Positions 30,043 to 41,741 are shown, counted from the first letter of the stretch. The stretch is DNA of 64,000 nt from an uncultured delta proteobacterium (GCA_963736855.1 CAVTQK010000009.1:384001-448000); one strand, 5' to 3'. Made by a program: numbers and translations. The notes: a model not told the origin generated them from the sequence alone.

Positions 30043-32727
30043 ATGGAACCAAGAGCATCCATCATCGACAACCTCTTCAGGTCTCGAAAAAACCTCCCCC
30101 GGCCGAAAGGAGACCATGAAGAGCCTGCCGAAGAAGGCGGGTGCGGGGTTACCGGGTTCATCGCGTCGGTACCGGTATCCGGCCGCCATATCTACGAACC
30201 CTCGGTCCAGATGCATAACCGGGGTAACGGAAAGGGAGGGGGTATCGCCGCCGTGGGCATTTCCGCCGAAAGCCTGGGGGTTCCCCAGAACATCCTGGAT
30301 ACCCATTACCTGCTTCAGATTGCCCTCCTTGACCCGGAATCTCGAAAAAGCGTGGAAGCGGGCTATATCGACGGGCTTCTGGAAGTATACAAAGCCGAAA
30401 AAGTGCCCACCATGGAAAATTATCGCGATGTGGAAGGCCTTACGATCCGGCCGCCCGACGTGTGGCGTTATTTCGTTCGCGTGAAACCGGCGCACCTGGA
30501 TCGGTTTATGACCGAAAACAACCTTCAGGGTATGGACCCCTTGAGGGCCGAGGACGAATTCATCAACCAAAATTCCTTTCGACTCAACCGGGAATTTTAC
30601 GCCTCCACGGGGAAACAGCACGCATTCGTCCTTTCTCACGGAAAAAACATCATGGTCCTCAAGATCGTGGGATATGCCGAACAAGTCGCCCGGTACTACC
30701 TTCTGGAAGACTTCAAGGCTCACGGCTGGATCGCCCATCAGCGTTATCCCACCAAGGGTCGAGTATGGCATCCCGGCGGCGCACACCCTTTCATCGGAAT
30801 GCACGAAGCCCTGGTTCACAACGGTGACTTTGCAAACTATCATGCCGTCAGTGAATACCTTAAGCAGCATGGCATCCTTCCGCTCTTTCAGACGGATACG
30901 GAGGTCTCCATCCTCCTTTTCGACCTGTTGAACCGAACTTTCGGATATCCGCTGGAATACATTATCGAGGCCATGGCACCCACAACGGAATATGATTTCG
31001 ACCTTTTACCTCCCGATAAACAGCGAATTTATCGGCATATCCAATCATGTCACCTGGCGTCGTCTCCGGACGGCCCCTGGTTTTTCATCATCGCCCGAAA
31101 CGACGTGTGTAAGAAGCGCTTTCAACTGATCGGCATCACCGATACCGCCATGCTCAGACCCCAGGTTTTTGCCCTTCAGGAAGACGAAGTTCAAATCGGC
31201 TTGATCTGTTCGGAAAAGCAGGCCATCGATGCAACACTTCAAAGCCTTTCATCGGAAGACCCCCGCTTCGAGCCTATTGCGGATCGGTATTGGAATGCCC
31301 GGGGTGGAAGTGCCGCGGACGGGGGGGCCTTCATCTTTTCAGTCACGGACACGGAGGGGAAGGATAGCGGAAAACGGTTGACATGCACCAATAAATTCGG
31401 GGAACCGGTCAGGATCAACGGACATCTGACATCTTCTGCCGGAGCGATCCGCCTGACCGGGCCGACGGCCGACATGATTTTTAAAGAAGCATTTGAAAAG
31501 CCGACCTCCGGCTCCGTAGAAACGCTGATGGCACGCTGCCGAGAATTTTTGGGCACATGCGACGAGGATGGGCTCCGGGCTTTTTGCAGAAAACTCGAGG
31601 CAGCGGCTAAAAGCGGTGATTTCGAAAAAGAAAGAGGAATTGAAATATTATCTCATCTCATGGACCATCGCTTTCCCCTTGGACAAAAAAGGCGATGCAC
31701 CGTGCTGCGGATTCTCCGGGAAAGCCTTTCCGCCATTTTCGATGCATCTGCAAGGCTTGTAGAATCGGGCTCCGGCGCATACCGATACATCGACTGGTCT
31801 CTTCGCCACACTATCCGGGAGCCCCGAGACGGAGAAAGCACACTGGTGATCCACACCGAAGCGTTTCCGGCCGAGGGAGAAGAATGTGATGCCACTTTCA
31901 TTCGTCGCGCCTATCATTTGGGATGGAAAAGGTTCATCTGTTATGGGTATCGGGGACAGCGGTTTTGTGGGTGCGGGCTTTCAAAAGGATCCGACGGCGT
32001 CCGGATCGATGTGTATGACAACCCGGGGGATTACCTCGCCTCCGGCATCGACGGCCTGGAAATGGTCGTACATGGCAACGGCCAAGATCAGATCGGCCAG
32101 ATCATGAATAGCGGAAAGCTGGTGATCTACGGGGACGTGGGCCAGACCTTCATGTACGGTGCCAAAGGGGGAGAAGTCTACATCATGGGAAATGCCGCCG
32201 GCCGCCCCCTCATCAATGCCGTAGGTTCTCCCAAAGTCGTCATCAACGGCACCTGCCTCGACTATCTGGCAGAATCCTTCATGGCCGGCGATCCTCTGAA
32301 AGGAGGCGGCTTCGTGGTTTTAAACGGTATTCGGTTCAATGCAGTCGGAAAGATCGTCAACCACGATACCCCGTACCCCGGTTCCAATCTCTTCTCCTTG
32401 GCCTCCGGTGGCGCCATCTATGTCCGGGATCCTTTCAAAAAAGTGGTCCCCGATCAACTCAACGGGGGCGAACTGGTAAGACTTTCACCCGAAGACTGGA
32501 GATTGATCCTTCCGTTTTTGAAGGAAAATGAAAGGCTTTTCGGGATCTCCGTGGAAAACGACCTGCTGAAGGTCAACGGAGAAGCCAGGCCCTATCACGA
32601 GGTTTATCGGAAGGTACAGGCGGTTCCCCTGGATGTTTTATCCAAGGCTCCCGTCTCCCTTGAAGAATGGGGAGAAGACTGGAAAGATGAGGTCGGCACC
32701 GATCGTTTTCAGGTTGATTTAAATTAG
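30043..32727 (+). CDS. Glutamate synthase amidotransferase plus GXGXG subunit (GltB1+GltB3 fusion)
   Basis: Ntn Cys after a propeptide (EEGG|CGVTG), MHNRG, AHQRYPT, AHPF, HNGD, TDTE, DGPW; C-terminal GXGXG repeats (GNGQDQIG, GDVGQTFMYGAKGG, GNAAGRP). Confidence 0.9.
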   Translation: MEPRASIIDNLFRSRKNLPRPKGDHEEPAEEGGCGVTGFIASVPVSGRHIYEPSVQMHNRGNGKGGGIAAVGISAESLGVPQNILDTHYLLQIALLDPESRKSVEAGYIDGLLEVYKAEKVPTMENYRDVEGLTIRPPDVWRYFVRVKPAHLDRFMTENNLQGMDPLRAEDEFINQNSFRLNREFYASTGKQHAFVLSHGKNIMVLKIVGYAEQVARYYLLEDFKAHGWIAHQRYPTKGRVWHPGGAHPFIGMHEALVHNGDFANYHAVSEYLKQHGILPLFQTDTEVSILLFDLLNRTFGYPLEYIIEAMAPTTEYDFDLLPPDKQRIYRHIQSCHLASSPDGPWFFIIARNDVCKKRFQLIGITDTAMLRPQVFALQEDEVQIGLICSEKQAIDATLQSLSSEDPRFEPIADRYWNARGGSAADGGAFIFSVTDTEGKDSGKRLTCTNKFGEPVRINGHLTSSAGAIRLTGPTADMIFKEAFEKPTSGSVETLMARCREFLGTCDEDGLRAFCRKLEAAAKSGDFEKERGIEILSHLMDHRFPLGQKRRCTVLRILRESLSAIFDASARLVESGSGAYRYIDWSLRHTIREPRDGESTLVIHTEAFPAEGEECDATFIRRAYHLGWKRFICYGYRGQRFCGCGLSKGSDGVRIDVYDNPGDYLASGIDGLEMVVHGNGQDQIGQIMNSGKLVIYGDVGQTFMYGAKGGEVYIMGNAAGRPLINAVGSPKVVINGTCLDYLAESFMAGDPLKGGGFVVLNGIRFNAVGKIVNHDTPYPGSNLFSLASGGAIYVRDPFKKVVPDQLNGGELVRLSPEDWRLILPFLKENERLFGISVENDLLKVNGEARPYHEVYRKVQAVPLDVLSKAPVSLEEWGEDWKDEVGTDRFQVDLN

Positions 32728-32828
32728 GATTGTGTTATAAAGGGACAGCTCCGGAAAAACCTGCCTCCTTTTTCCAAAGCGGCAAAACTTTCAGTCAAAA
32801 CAAAGAATTATTAGGTTTATTAGGATCC

Positions 32829-33974
32829 ATGAACGGACTTCTCGCACTGGAAGACGGCCGGACGTTCTCCTGCCGTTCCTTTACCGGACCCGGTGAGTGT
32901 TCGGGCGAAATCGTTTTTAACACCAGCATGACAGGATACCAGGAGATCCTGACCGACCCGTCCTACCGGGGACAGATGGTCGCTATGACCTACCCCCTCA
33001 TCGGCAATTACGGAGTCAATCCGGAAGACGTGGAGTCGAATGGAATCCAGGTCAGTGGATTTTTTGTCCGGGAATATCAGCACCAATTTAGCAATTTCCG
33101 GGCTTCCGGTACATTGTCCGATTACCTTGCCGCCCAGGGCGTCCTTGGGATGGAAGGGATCGACACCCGGGCATTAACCCTGCACATCCGAAGCCGGGGG
33201 GCCATGCGCGCCGTGGTCTCCACAACCGATCCCGATCCGGCATCGCTGGTTCAAAAAGCAAAGGCCATACCCTCCATGGCCGGCTGTGATCTAGTTACCG
33301 GCGTTACCACCCAAAGACCTTATTTCTGGTTTCAAGGAAAATCAGTCCCTCTGCCCATGGGAGAAAAAGCCTTTCTCCCGGCGATCTGGGGGCCCAGAGA
33401 TGCCCGGTTTCGGGTCGTCGCCTTCGATTACGGCATTAAGTACAATATCTTAAGATCGCTGGAACATGTGGGGTGTCAGGTGCTGATTGTGCCGGCCGCA
33501 ACCCCGGCTGCCGCCATTCGGGACCTGGAACCTGACGGTATTTTCCTTTCCAACGGCCCCGGGGATCCGGAGCCGGTCACCTATGCCGTCAAAACCATTC
33601 AAAATCTCATGGGGTATCGTCCCATTTTTGGGATCTGTCTGGGGCATCAACTATTAGGACTGGCTTTGGGTGGTAAAACCTATAAATTGAAATTCGGCCA
33701 TCGGGGCGCCAACCAACCGGTAAAGAACCTGTTGTCGGGGCGTGTGGAAATCACATCACAGAATCACGGTTTTGCCGTGAACATCCAAACCCTCGAAAGC
33801 AAGGACATTGAAATAACCCACATCAACCTCAACGATAATACGCTGGAGGGATTTCGTCATCGAAAGCTTTCAGTCCTTGCGGTTCAATACCATCCGGAAG
33901 CATCTCCGGGGCCCCATGACGCCCGTTATCTCTTTGGTGTCTTCAAGGAGATGATGACACGAAATAAAGGGTAA
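32829..33974 (+). CDS. carA: Carbamoyl-phosphate synthase small subunit
   Basis: LALEDG, EIVFNTSMTGYQE..TDPSY, LSNGPGDP, GICLGHQ, HPEASPGP. Confidence 0.96.
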   Translation: MNGLLALEDGRTFSCRSFTGPGECSGEIVFNTSMTGYQEILTDPSYRGQMVAMTYPLIGNYGVNPEDVESNGIQVSGFFVREYQHQFSNFRASGTLSDYLAAQGVLGMEGIDTRALTLHIRSRGAMRAVVSTTDPDPASLVQKAKAIPSMAGCDLVTGVTTQRPYFWFQGKSVPLPMGEKAFLPAIWGPRDARFRVVAFDYGIKYNILRSLEHVGCQVLIVPAATPAAAIRDLEPDGIFLSNGPGDPEPVTYAVKTIQNLMGYRPIFGICLGHQLLGLALGGKTYKLKFGHRGANQPVKNLLSGRVEITSQNHGFAVNIQTLESKDIEITHINLNDNTLEGFRHRKLSVLAVQYHPEASPGPHDARYLFGVFKEMMTRNKG

Positions 33975-34013
33975 AGATTTTTTCTCGAAAAGGCAGACAT
34001 CGAACTTACGCAT

Positions 34014-37000
34014 ATGCCTAAACGCACCGACATCGAAAAAATACTGATCATCGGCGCCGGCCCCATCATCATCAGCCAGGCCTGCGAGTTCGACTATTCG
34101 GGGACCCAGGCCTGCAAGGCGCTCATGGAGGAAGGGTACCGAATCACCCTGATCAACAGCAATCCGGCCACCATCATGACCGACCCGGAAATGGCACATC
34201 GCACCTATGTGGAACCCATCACCCCTGAAATGGTTACTAAAATCATCGAAAAGGAGCGGCCGGACGCGCTGTTGCCCACTCTTGGCGGACAGACCGGTCT
34301 CAACACGGCCATCCGTGTCGCCCGAATGGGTGTTTTGGATCGATTCGGCGTGGAGATGATCGGAGCATCGGTGGCCTCCATCCAGAAGGCCGAGGATCGG
34401 GACCTGTTTCGCAAATCCATGGAACGGATCGGGCTTCGGATACCCAAAAGCGGGATCGCCATCCAAACTCAGCAATGTTTCGATATTGCCGAAAAGATCG
34501 GTTTCCCCATCATCCTGCGACCCAGCTTCACTTTAGGCGGGACTGGCGGCGGCATCGCCTATAATTTCGAAGACCTGGAAAACCTTGCCAAAGCCGGGTT
34601 GGATGCCAGCCTCATCGGCCAGATCATGCTGGAAGAGTCGGTCCTGGGGTGGAAAGAATATGAACTGGAGGTCATGCGGGATAAAAACGACAACGTGGTC
34701 ATCGTCTGCTCCATTGAAAACCTGGATCCCATGGGGATCCACACCGGCGACAGCATCACCGTCGCGCCTGCGCAGACCCTGAGCGATAAAGAGTATCAGG
34801 AGATGCGGGACGCTTCCATCGCGATCATGCGGGAGATCGGAGTGGACACGGGGGGTTCCAACGTCCAGTTTGCCGTCAATCCGAAAAATGGGGAAATGGT
34901 GGTGGTGGAAATGAACCCCAGGGTCTCCCGGAGCAGCGCGCTGGCTTCCAAAGCCACCGGCTTTCCCATCGCCAAGATCGCTGCAAAGCTGGCGGTGGGG
35001 TACACCCTCGATGAGATTCCCAATGACATCACCGGAGAAACACTGGCCTCCTTCGAGCCGACCCTGGATTATTGCGTGGTGAAAATTCCCCGATGGACCT
35101 TTGAAAAATTCCCGGAAACGCAAGATCTTTTGACCACCTCCATGAAATCCGTGGGAGAAACCATGGCCATCGGCCGAACCTTCAAAGAAGCCCTGCAAAA
35201 AGGTATCCGGTCTCTGGAAATCGGCCGTTTTGGACTCGGAGCCGACGGAAAGGATCCTGAGTGGATTCATTCAGATCCCGTTGGTGAAGCTGCGAAAAAG
35301 GCGATTCGGGACGAAATCGAACAAAAATTGGTCATCCCCAACTCCAAGCGTCTTTTCTATCTCCGATATGCAATGGAAAAGGGATTCTCCATCTCTACTC
35401 TGTACGAACTGACCCGGATCGATCCATGGTTTTTATACCAGATCGAACAAATTGTCTCCCTGGAAAAGCGCCTTAAAAATGAGGGCCGCCTCCAACCGAA
35501 TTCCGGACCAAATGAAGCCTTTTTCACCCCGGAGCTTCTCCGGGAGGCAAAATCTTTCGGATTTTCAGATATCCAGCTTGCCCAATTATCCGGTCTCGAT
35601 GAGGACCGGATCCGACAGATTCGCAAACGCTGGGGTATCACCCCCGTCTTCAAGCTCGTCGATACCTGCGCGGCTGAATTTCAGGCCGCCACGCCCTATT
35701 TTTACTCCACGTATGATATGGAAGACGAGGCGAGGGTTTCCGATAGAAAAAAGGTGATGATCCTGGGGGGTGGTCCCAACCGCATCGGTCAGGGGATCGA
35801 GTTTGATTATTGCTGCGTACATGCGTCTTTTGCTCTCCGGGAAGAAGGATTCGAAAGCATCATGGTCAACAGCAATCCCGAAACCGTGAGCACCGATTAC
35901 GATACTTCGGACAAGCTCTATTTCGAACCGCTGACCCGAGAAGATGTCCTTAACATCATCGATAAAGAAAAGCCCTTGGGTGTCATTGTCCAGTTCGGAG
36001 GACAGACGCCGCTCAACCTTTCCGAGCCGCTCTTTAATGCCGGCGTCCCCATCCTGGGTACCCAGCCGGAGAGCATCGACCGGGCCGAGGACCGAAAGCT
36101 CTTCCAGGAGATGTTGCGCAAATTATCCTTGACTCAGCCGGCGAATGGGACCGCCATGTCTGTAAACGAGGCGATAACCGTGGCGGAGACCATCGGGTAT
36201 CCCGTCATCGTCCGGCCTTCCTATGTCCTGGGAGGCAGGGCCATGAAAATCGTGTACGAACGGGAAAGCCTGGAGGCTTTTGCACACCTGGCTCTTGTGG
36301 AATCTTTCGGACATCCTATTCTCATCGACCAGTTCCTGGAAGACGCCATCGAGGTTGATGTAGATGCTCTTTCAGACGGAAAAGATACGGTCATCGGCGG
36401 CATCATGGAACACATCGAAGAGGCCGGAGTACACTCCGGAGATTCGGCTTGCGTATTGCCCCCCTATAGCCTCCCCGCCGCTCTCCAGGATGAAATCGTA
36501 AAGGCCACCAAGGCCTTAACCGCTGAACTCCATGTCGTCGGGCTCATGAACGTTCAGTATGCCATCAAAGACAACCGGTTGTTTGTCCTGGAAGTCAACC
36601 CGAGGGCTTCCCGGACCGTCCCTTTTGTGAGCAAGGCCACCGGTGTCCCTCTGGCAAAATTGGCCACCAAGGTGATGCTCGGAAAGACACTGCGGGACCT
36701 GGGCTTGACCCAGGAGATCATCCCTTCCCATGTTTCGGTCAAAGAGGCGGTCTTTCCCTTTGATCGGTTTCCGGACGTGGACACCCTCCTCGGTCCGGAG
36801 ATGAAATCCACCGGCGAGGTGATGGGCCTCGATATCGATTTCGGGTCCGCCTATGCCAAAGCCCAATTGGGCGCGGGACAAAAACTCCCTCTTTCGGGAA
36901 CAGTATTTATCAGCGTGAAAAACCGGGACAAGGCATCGGTACTTCCTTTGGCCAAGCGGTTTTTGGCCTTGGGATTCGATATCATTGCCACCCGGGGTAC

Positions 37001-37316
37001 TGCTCGTCTTCTGGCGGAAAATGGAATTGCCGCCCGTCGGATTTCCAAAGTCTCCATGGGGCGTCCCCATGTGGTGGATGCCGTCAAAAACGGGGAAATC
37101 CAGCTCATCATCAACACGGGAATCGGGGGGGATACCCGGCGAGACGGCTACATCATCCGTCGAAACGCCCTCAAATACAACATCCCATATGCCACCACCA
37201 TCGCCGGAGCGATTGCCATCAGCAGGGGGATCGAAATGATGATTCAAAAGGAACTGTCCGTCAAGGCATTGCAAGACTACCACCTCGAGATTTCTAAGGG
37301 AGGCGCAGCCAATTGA
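34014..37316 (+). CDS. carB: Carbamoyl-phosphate synthase large subunit
   Basis: [16 protein letters not shown], duplicated ATP-grasp halves, [16 protein letters not shown]-terminal MGS domain. Confidence 0.98.
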   Translation: MPKRTDIEKILIIGAGPIIISQACEFDYSGTQACKALMEEGYRITLINSNPATIMTDPEMAHRTYVEPITPEMVTKIIEKERPDALLPTLGGQTGLNTAIRVARMGVLDRFGVEMIGASVASIQKAEDRDLFRKSMERIGLRIPKSGIAIQTQQCFDIAEKIGFPIILRPSFTLGGTGGGIAYNFEDLENLAKAGLDASLIGQIMLEESVLGWKEYELEVMRDKNDNVVIVCSIENLDPMGIHTGDSITVAPAQTLSDKEYQEMRDASIAIMREIGVDTGGSNVQFAVNPKNGEMVVVEMNPRVSRSSALASKATGFPIAKIAAKLAVGYTLDEIPNDITGETLASFEPTLDYCVVKIPRWTFEKFPETQDLLTTSMKSVGETMAIGRTFKEALQKGIRSLEIGRFGLGADGKDPEWIHSDPVGEAAKKAIRDEIEQKLVIPNSKRLFYLRYAMEKGFSISTLYELTRIDPWFLYQIEQIVSLEKRLKNEGRLQPNSGPNEAFFTPELLREAKSFGFSDIQLAQLSGLDEDRIRQIRKRWGITPVFKLVDTCAAEFQAATPYFYSTYDMEDEARVSDRKKVMILGGGPNRIGQGIEFDYCCVHASFALREEGFESIMVNSNPETVSTDYDTSDKLYFEPLTREDVLNIIDKEKPLGVIVQFGGQTPLNLSEPLFNAGVPILGTQPESIDRAEDRKLFQEMLRKLSLTQPANGTAMSVNEAITVAETIGYPVIVRPSYVLGGRAMKIVYERESLEAFAHLALVESFGHPILIDQFLEDAIEVDVDALSDGKDTVIGGIMEHIEEAGVHSGDSACVLPPYSLPAALQDEIVKATKALTAELHVVGLMNVQYAIKDNRLFVLEVNPRASRTVPFVSKATGVPLAKLATKVMLGKTLRDLGLTQEIIPSHVSVKEAVFPFDRFPDVDTLLGPEMKSTGEVMGLDIDFGSAYAKAQLGAGQKLPLSGTVFISVKNRDKASVLPLAKRFLALGFDIIATRGTARLLAENGIAARRISKVSMGRPHVVDAVKNGEIQLIINTGIGGDTRRDGYIIRRNALKYNIPYATTIAGAIAISRGIEMMIQKELSVKALQDYHLEISKGGAAN

Positions 37317-38761
37317 CTCCAATCGATTCGATAGTCAAAGAGGATCTTTTCTCGCCCTTCAAAGGGCCCAGGGAAGCCTGCGGCCTCTTCGGTATTTTCG
37401 GTCATCCCGATGCTTCGAAGCTTACCTATTTCGGCCTGTATGCCCTCCAACATCGAGGGCAGGAAAGCGCGGGTATCTGCGTCGCAGGCGATCAGGGTAT
37501 CGTCACCCACAAGGGAATGGGTCTGGTCCCTGATGTCTTTGACATGGCGCTTCTGGAACAATTGAAAGGAGAATGCGCCATCGGCCATGTGCGCTACTCC
37601 ACCACAGGAAGCTCAATTCTGGTCAATGCCCAGCCCTTCATGGTCCGGCATCGCAATCGATCCTACGCGGTGGCCCACAACGGGAATCTCGTCAACGCCC
37701 ATCGGCTGAAAAGCGAACTGGAGGAAAGCGGGTCCATTTTCCAGACCACCATGGACAGCGAGATTTTCCTCCACCTTTTTGTCAAGAACCTCAAACATGG
37801 ATTCGAAGGAGCGCTGATCAAGACACTCAAACGTCTGGAGGGTGCATATTCCTTCGTGGTCTTGACCAGCAACGGCGAAGTGATCGGCATCAAGGATCCC
37901 AACGGCTTCAGGCCCCTTTGCCTGGGAAAGGCCAACGGCGCCTTCGTGCTGGCCTCAGAATCATGCGCCCTGGACCTGGTTCAGGCCGAGTATATCCGGG
38001 AACTCGATCCCGGAGAGATCGTGATCATCGGAAAAGACGGGGTCAAAAGCATCCAGACGACACCGGCGGAAAATCGCTCTTTCTGTATTTTCGAATTCAT
38101 CTACTTCGCGCGACCGGACAGCAACATCTACGGACAAAACGTCTACCAGGTCCGTAAGGCCCACGGCGTCCGGCTGGCCAAAGAAGCCCCTGTGGACGCC
38201 GATCTGGTGATGCCCTTTCCGGACTCCGGTACCTATGCCGCCATCGGGTATGCCGAAGCCTCGGGAATCCCGTTTGAGTTAGGTATGATCCGGAATCATT
38301 ACGTCGGCAGGACCTTTATTCAGCCCACCCAGAGCATGCGGGATTTCGGCGTTCGGGTAAAATTGAACCCCATTAAAGAGTTGCTGACCGGCAAGGAGAT
38401 CGTCATCATCGAGGATTCCATTATCCGAGGAACCACTGCGAAAACGCGCGTGAAGGCGCTACGGGAGCTGGGCGTCAAGAAGATTCATATGCGGGTGGCA
38501 GGTCCTCCACACCGTTTCCCCTGCCATTACGGCATCGATTTTTCCACCAAGGGAGAATTGATCGCGGCCTCCAAATCCATCAAGGAGCTGACGCAATACC
38601 TGGGACTCGATTCCCTGTACTATCTCAGCCTGAAAGGGCTGCTGGAAGCCACCGGCGTTGAAGACCCTGAAACCCATTTCTGCAAGGCCTGTTTTGACGG
38701 GTGCTACCCGGTCACATTCGATACGGATGTCTCCAAGGATTGTCTCGAAAAGGGCCTGTAG
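37313..38761 (+). CDS. purF: Amidophosphoribosyltransferase
   Basis: REACGLFG Ntn Cys, [31 protein letters not shown] loop, Fe-S cysteines FCKACF. Confidence 0.97.
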   Translation: MTPIDSIVKEDLFSPFKGPREACGLFGIFGHPDASKLTYFGLYALQHRGQESAGICVAGDQGIVTHKGMGLVPDVFDMALLEQLKGECAIGHVRYSTTGSSILVNAQPFMVRHRNRSYAVAHNGNLVNAHRLKSELEESGSIFQTTMDSEIFLHLFVKNLKHGFEGALIKTLKRLEGAYSFVVLTSNGEVIGIKDPNGFRPLCLGKANGAFVLASESCALDLVQAEYIRELDPGEIVIIGKDGVKSIQTTPAENRSFCIFEFIYFARPDSNIYGQNVYQVRKAHGVRLAKEAPVDADLVMPFPDSGTYAAIGYAEASGIPFELGMIRNHYVGRTFIQPTQSMRDFGVRVKLNPIKELLTGKEIVIIEDSIIRGTTAKTRVKALRELGVKKIHMRVAGPPHRFPCHYGIDFSTKGELIAASKSIKELTQYLGLDSLYYLSLKGLLEATGVEDPETHFCKACFDGCYPVTFDTDVSKDCLEKGL

Positions 38762-38778
38762 GATTTCGGAGCAAAACC

Positions 38779-39774
38779 ATGAAAAAAACGGTTTCCTTTT
38801 CAAAAGATGCCACCAACGTGTTCTTCCATATCCTGACTCGCTGTAATCTGAAATGCCGCCATTGTTATATCAATTACAAACAACATGGGAAAAAAATTCT
38901 TCCTATAGAGACCATCCGAAGCTGGCTTGCGGAAATGGCCGGCCTCTCAAAACACAGCAACCTGATCTTCCTTGGCGGGGAACCCACCCTGCACCCCGAT
39001 CTTGCTGCTGCCGTTAAAGCGGCCAAAGAGATGGGGTATGCCTCCATCACCATCGATACGAACGGGTACCTTTTTCATAACATACTGGAAAAGGTAACTC
39101 CCGATTCGGTGGATTACTTCAGCTTCAGTCTCGACGGCACCGGGCCGGACACCAACGACTCCATCCGCGGAAAAGGATCCTTTAAGGCATGTATCGGCGG
39201 TATCCGAAAAGCCGTTGCCCGGGGATTTCAAACCAGCCTGATTTATACCGTCAGCCGAGCCAATATCCACGAGCTCCACCGGATGCCTCCTCTCCTGACG
39301 GATCTGAAGGTCGACCGATTTTTCATCCAGGTCATCGGCCTTCGAGGAAAAGCCGGCACCCAAAACGCCGGCTGCATGCCGGTTACCCGAAAGGAGTGGC
39401 TCAATACAATTCCCGAAATTGCCCGGATCACTGCCGCATCCGGTATCCGGGCCATTTATCCGAAAGTTTATCTGACTCCCGATGAACCCTTTGCATGTGC
39501 CGGCATGGTGGCGAATAATTACTTTCTCTTTCCCAACGGCCGCGTCTATCGTTGCCCCTTATGCGAAGATTATCCGATCCACAGCCTGCTATTCCAAAAG
39601 GATAAGCTGATCGCTATGCCCAGCATCAACGAGACCGACCTTTTTAATTTAACGATACCGGAAGGGTGTGTGATGAACAAGTTGGTTCAGCCGAAAACCC
39701 TCGACTATGAACCCGACGGATCGCCAACATACCGGATCGCCTGCTGCCTGCTCAAAGAAGAGATTCAGCGCTGA
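38779..39774 (+). CDS. Radical SAM protein of unknown function
   Basis: CNLKCRHC motif, GGEP, DTNG, SLDG; C-terminal Cys-rich region (FAC, RCPLC, EGC, ACC). Confidence 0.85.
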   Translation: MKKTVSFSKDATNVFFHILTRCNLKCRHCYINYKQHGKKILPIETIRSWLAEMAGLSKHSNLIFLGGEPTLHPDLAAAVKAAKEMGYASITIDTNGYLFHNILEKVTPDSVDYFSFSLDGTGPDTNDSIRGKGSFKACIGGIRKAVARGFQTSLIYTVSRANIHELHRMPPLLTDLKVDRFFIQVIGLRGKAGTQNAGCMPVTRKEWLNTIPEIARITAASGIRAIYPKVYLTPDEPFACAGMVANNYFLFPNGRVYRCPLCEDYPIHSLLFQKDKLIAMPSINETDLFNLTIPEGCVMNKLVQPKTLDYEPDGSPTYRIACCLLKEEIQR

Positions 39775-40988
39775 AACTCATAGAGCTGCGTCAAGTTATC
39801 GACGGGCGAGATGAAGCCGCCCGGTCCGACCTGTGAAAAGTAAACCAGGTTGGAACCCTGGTGGCTGCCCGGGCTGAATGAAAAAGAAAAGCCCCCAAGA
39901 TCCACCTTCGCCTGTTTTTCGGCTGTTTCGATGAATCCCTCCCGGGTGATGGGCTCGGGCGTTTCAGACAAAATCTTGCACAATGCCTTAGCCGCAATAA
40001 ACCCTTCCATACCGACAAAGCCGGGGTCCACTTCAGGTACATGCGCTCGAGTCATCTTGTGATAATCCGACACGACCGGAATCTTTTTGTTGAAAGGATA
40101 AGGCACAACCTGAGTCACCACCACACCCAGCCCCATGTTGGCCAAGGTTATCGCCAGGGCATCAGATCCAACAAAGGAGACATTGAGAAAAAAGGGATTG
40201 CTTCCCTTTTCCCTCATAAGCTTGATGAACTGCGCACAGGGTGCATAAGCGCCGATCATGACGATCGCCTCCGGCTTGGTCTCGAGCATGAGTTTCACGC
40301 CGGATTCCACTTCCAGGGTATTCCGGGGATAGGTCGCCTCGTTGACCATGGACATGCCCCTTCTTGCAAGGGCCAGTTTCGTACCTTCCAGGCCAGCCTT
40401 TCCATATGTATCATCCTGATAAAATACGGAAATGCGTTTGACACCCTTATCCTTTACCAGCCGATCCACCATGGCTTCGGTTTCCTGGTAGTAACTGGCA
40501 CGGATATTGAGGACATAGCGGTTGACCGGGTTTCTTAAGAATTCGGCGCCTGTGAACGGGGCAAAAAACGGCACATTTTTCTTTGTTGCGATGGGTACGG
40601 CCGCAGTCGCTGTAGGCGTGCCCACGTAGCCGAACAATAAAAATACCAGGTCCTGATCGATCAACCGGTTCGTGTTGGTGGCACACGCCTCCGGCTCGTA
40701 TCCGTCATCGTGACTGACGAGGCGGATTTTTCTCCCGTTGATGCCTCCTTTACTGTTGAGTTCCTTGAAGTAGGCCAGCGCGCCATCCCTCATGCCTAGC
40801 CCAAGAGCCTTGGTCGGGCCGGTGAGTGCACACGACTGTCCCAACACAATCTCGGTTTCTGTAATGCCGAGAGATGCCGCCGCTGAAAGATGGGGCCATA
40901 AAAGGACCCCGATCAGGGCGATGAGCAACAACGAACTGGTGAGGATGTAACTACGCTTTTCCGATCCCTTAAAACTTGTCTTCATCAT
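39765..40988 (-). CDS. Stand-alone ABC transporter substrate-binding protein (type I, branched-chain amino acid family)
   Basis: Signal peptide, GQSCALTGP, GGINGRKI.L...DDGYEP, GYVGTPT, RASY, YQDD.YG. Confidence 0.85.
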   Translation of the reverse strand: MMKTSFKGSEKRSYILTSSLLLIALIGVLLWPHLSAAASLGITETEIVLGQSCALTGPTKALGLGMRDGALAYFKELNSKGGINGRKIRLVSHDDGYEPEACATNTNRLIDQDLVFLLFGYVGTPTATAAVPIATKKNVPFFAPFTGAEFLRNPVNRYVLNIRASYYQETEAMVDRLVKDKGVKRISVFYQDDTYGKAGLEGTKLALARRGMSMVNEATYPRNTLEVESGVKLMLETKPEAIVMIGAYAPCAQFIKLMREKGSNPFFLNVSFVGSDALAITLANMGLGVVVTQVVPYPFNKKIPVVSDYHKMTRAHVPEVDPGFVGMEGFIAAKALCKILSETPEPITREGFIETAEKQAKVDLGGFSFSFSPGSHQGSNLVYFSQVGPGGFISPVDNLTQLYEFQR

Positions 40989-41244
40989 TTAACATTTCCT
41001 CCTTTCTGGAATAGTTTATCATTTCCTGAAGGAAAAAATGGGTCGTTATTTGAGAAAGCTTGATTTATTAAAGCGAATAGCTTTGCTTTATTTTTTGTTG
41101 TATTGATCGTGATGCGATCATTTCAAGCCATACCGGTCGGAAGGAGGCCGGTCGCCGGACTTTTTAGCAATAATAGCAGCTTGCAGCTGTAAATGCAATA
41201 TGTTGGAAGTTATCCATGTTCTTATGTCCTACTATTCAAGCCAG

Positions 41245-41529
41245 AAAGCTCTACATAAACGAAATGGATCAAACAACACCTTCGTATTTAAGGTTCTTTG
41301 AAAATTTCGATCCATTCCGGTTAGTAACAGAATCCTCTTGATCTGACACATGACATCTGAGCGGTGATTGATGATCTGCCACCGGGTCCTGAGTATTTGT
41401 CGGTGCGCCCGATTTTCAGGTGAGTGGACCCACACTCTTTTGAGCATATTGCTCTCAAGAAGCCTGGCAAATTTTAGGCTGTCATTTTTGTCCGTCTTGA
41501 CCTTGCTCCAGCTCTGGGTGGGTATCAGG
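41245..41529. mobile_element. Chimeric IS4 (+) / IS110 (-) transposase remnant, copy A
   Basis: KWIKQHLR (IS4) abuts KVKTDK..S.K.A.LLE.NMLKRV...RAHRQILRTR (IS110); 41262..41529 is about 88% identical to 43739..44006. Confidence 0.75.
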
Positions 41530-41558
41530 AGAAAGAAGGCGGGAGAGGATGACAGTGT

Positions 41559-41741
41559 GCCGGCGTTGATGGCGGCCACGCCGGTCGGGGCCGTCACCAC
41601 CAGCCGCTTGTGGTTCTTTTTCTTGATGGCATGGAGAAAAATGGTCTTTCCGGTGCCGGCCTTGCCCGTCAGAAAGATGTTGCAGCTGGTATGCTGGATA
41701 AACTCTTCGGCCAGCTGGAGTTCGGGATTTAAAATGTTCAT
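41559..41741 (-). pseudogene. N-terminal fragment of a Pif1/RecD-like helicase
   Basis: NPELQLAEEFIQHT..NIFLTGKAGTGKT.FL...VVTAPTGVAAINAG, then runs directly into IS sequence. Confidence 0.8.
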
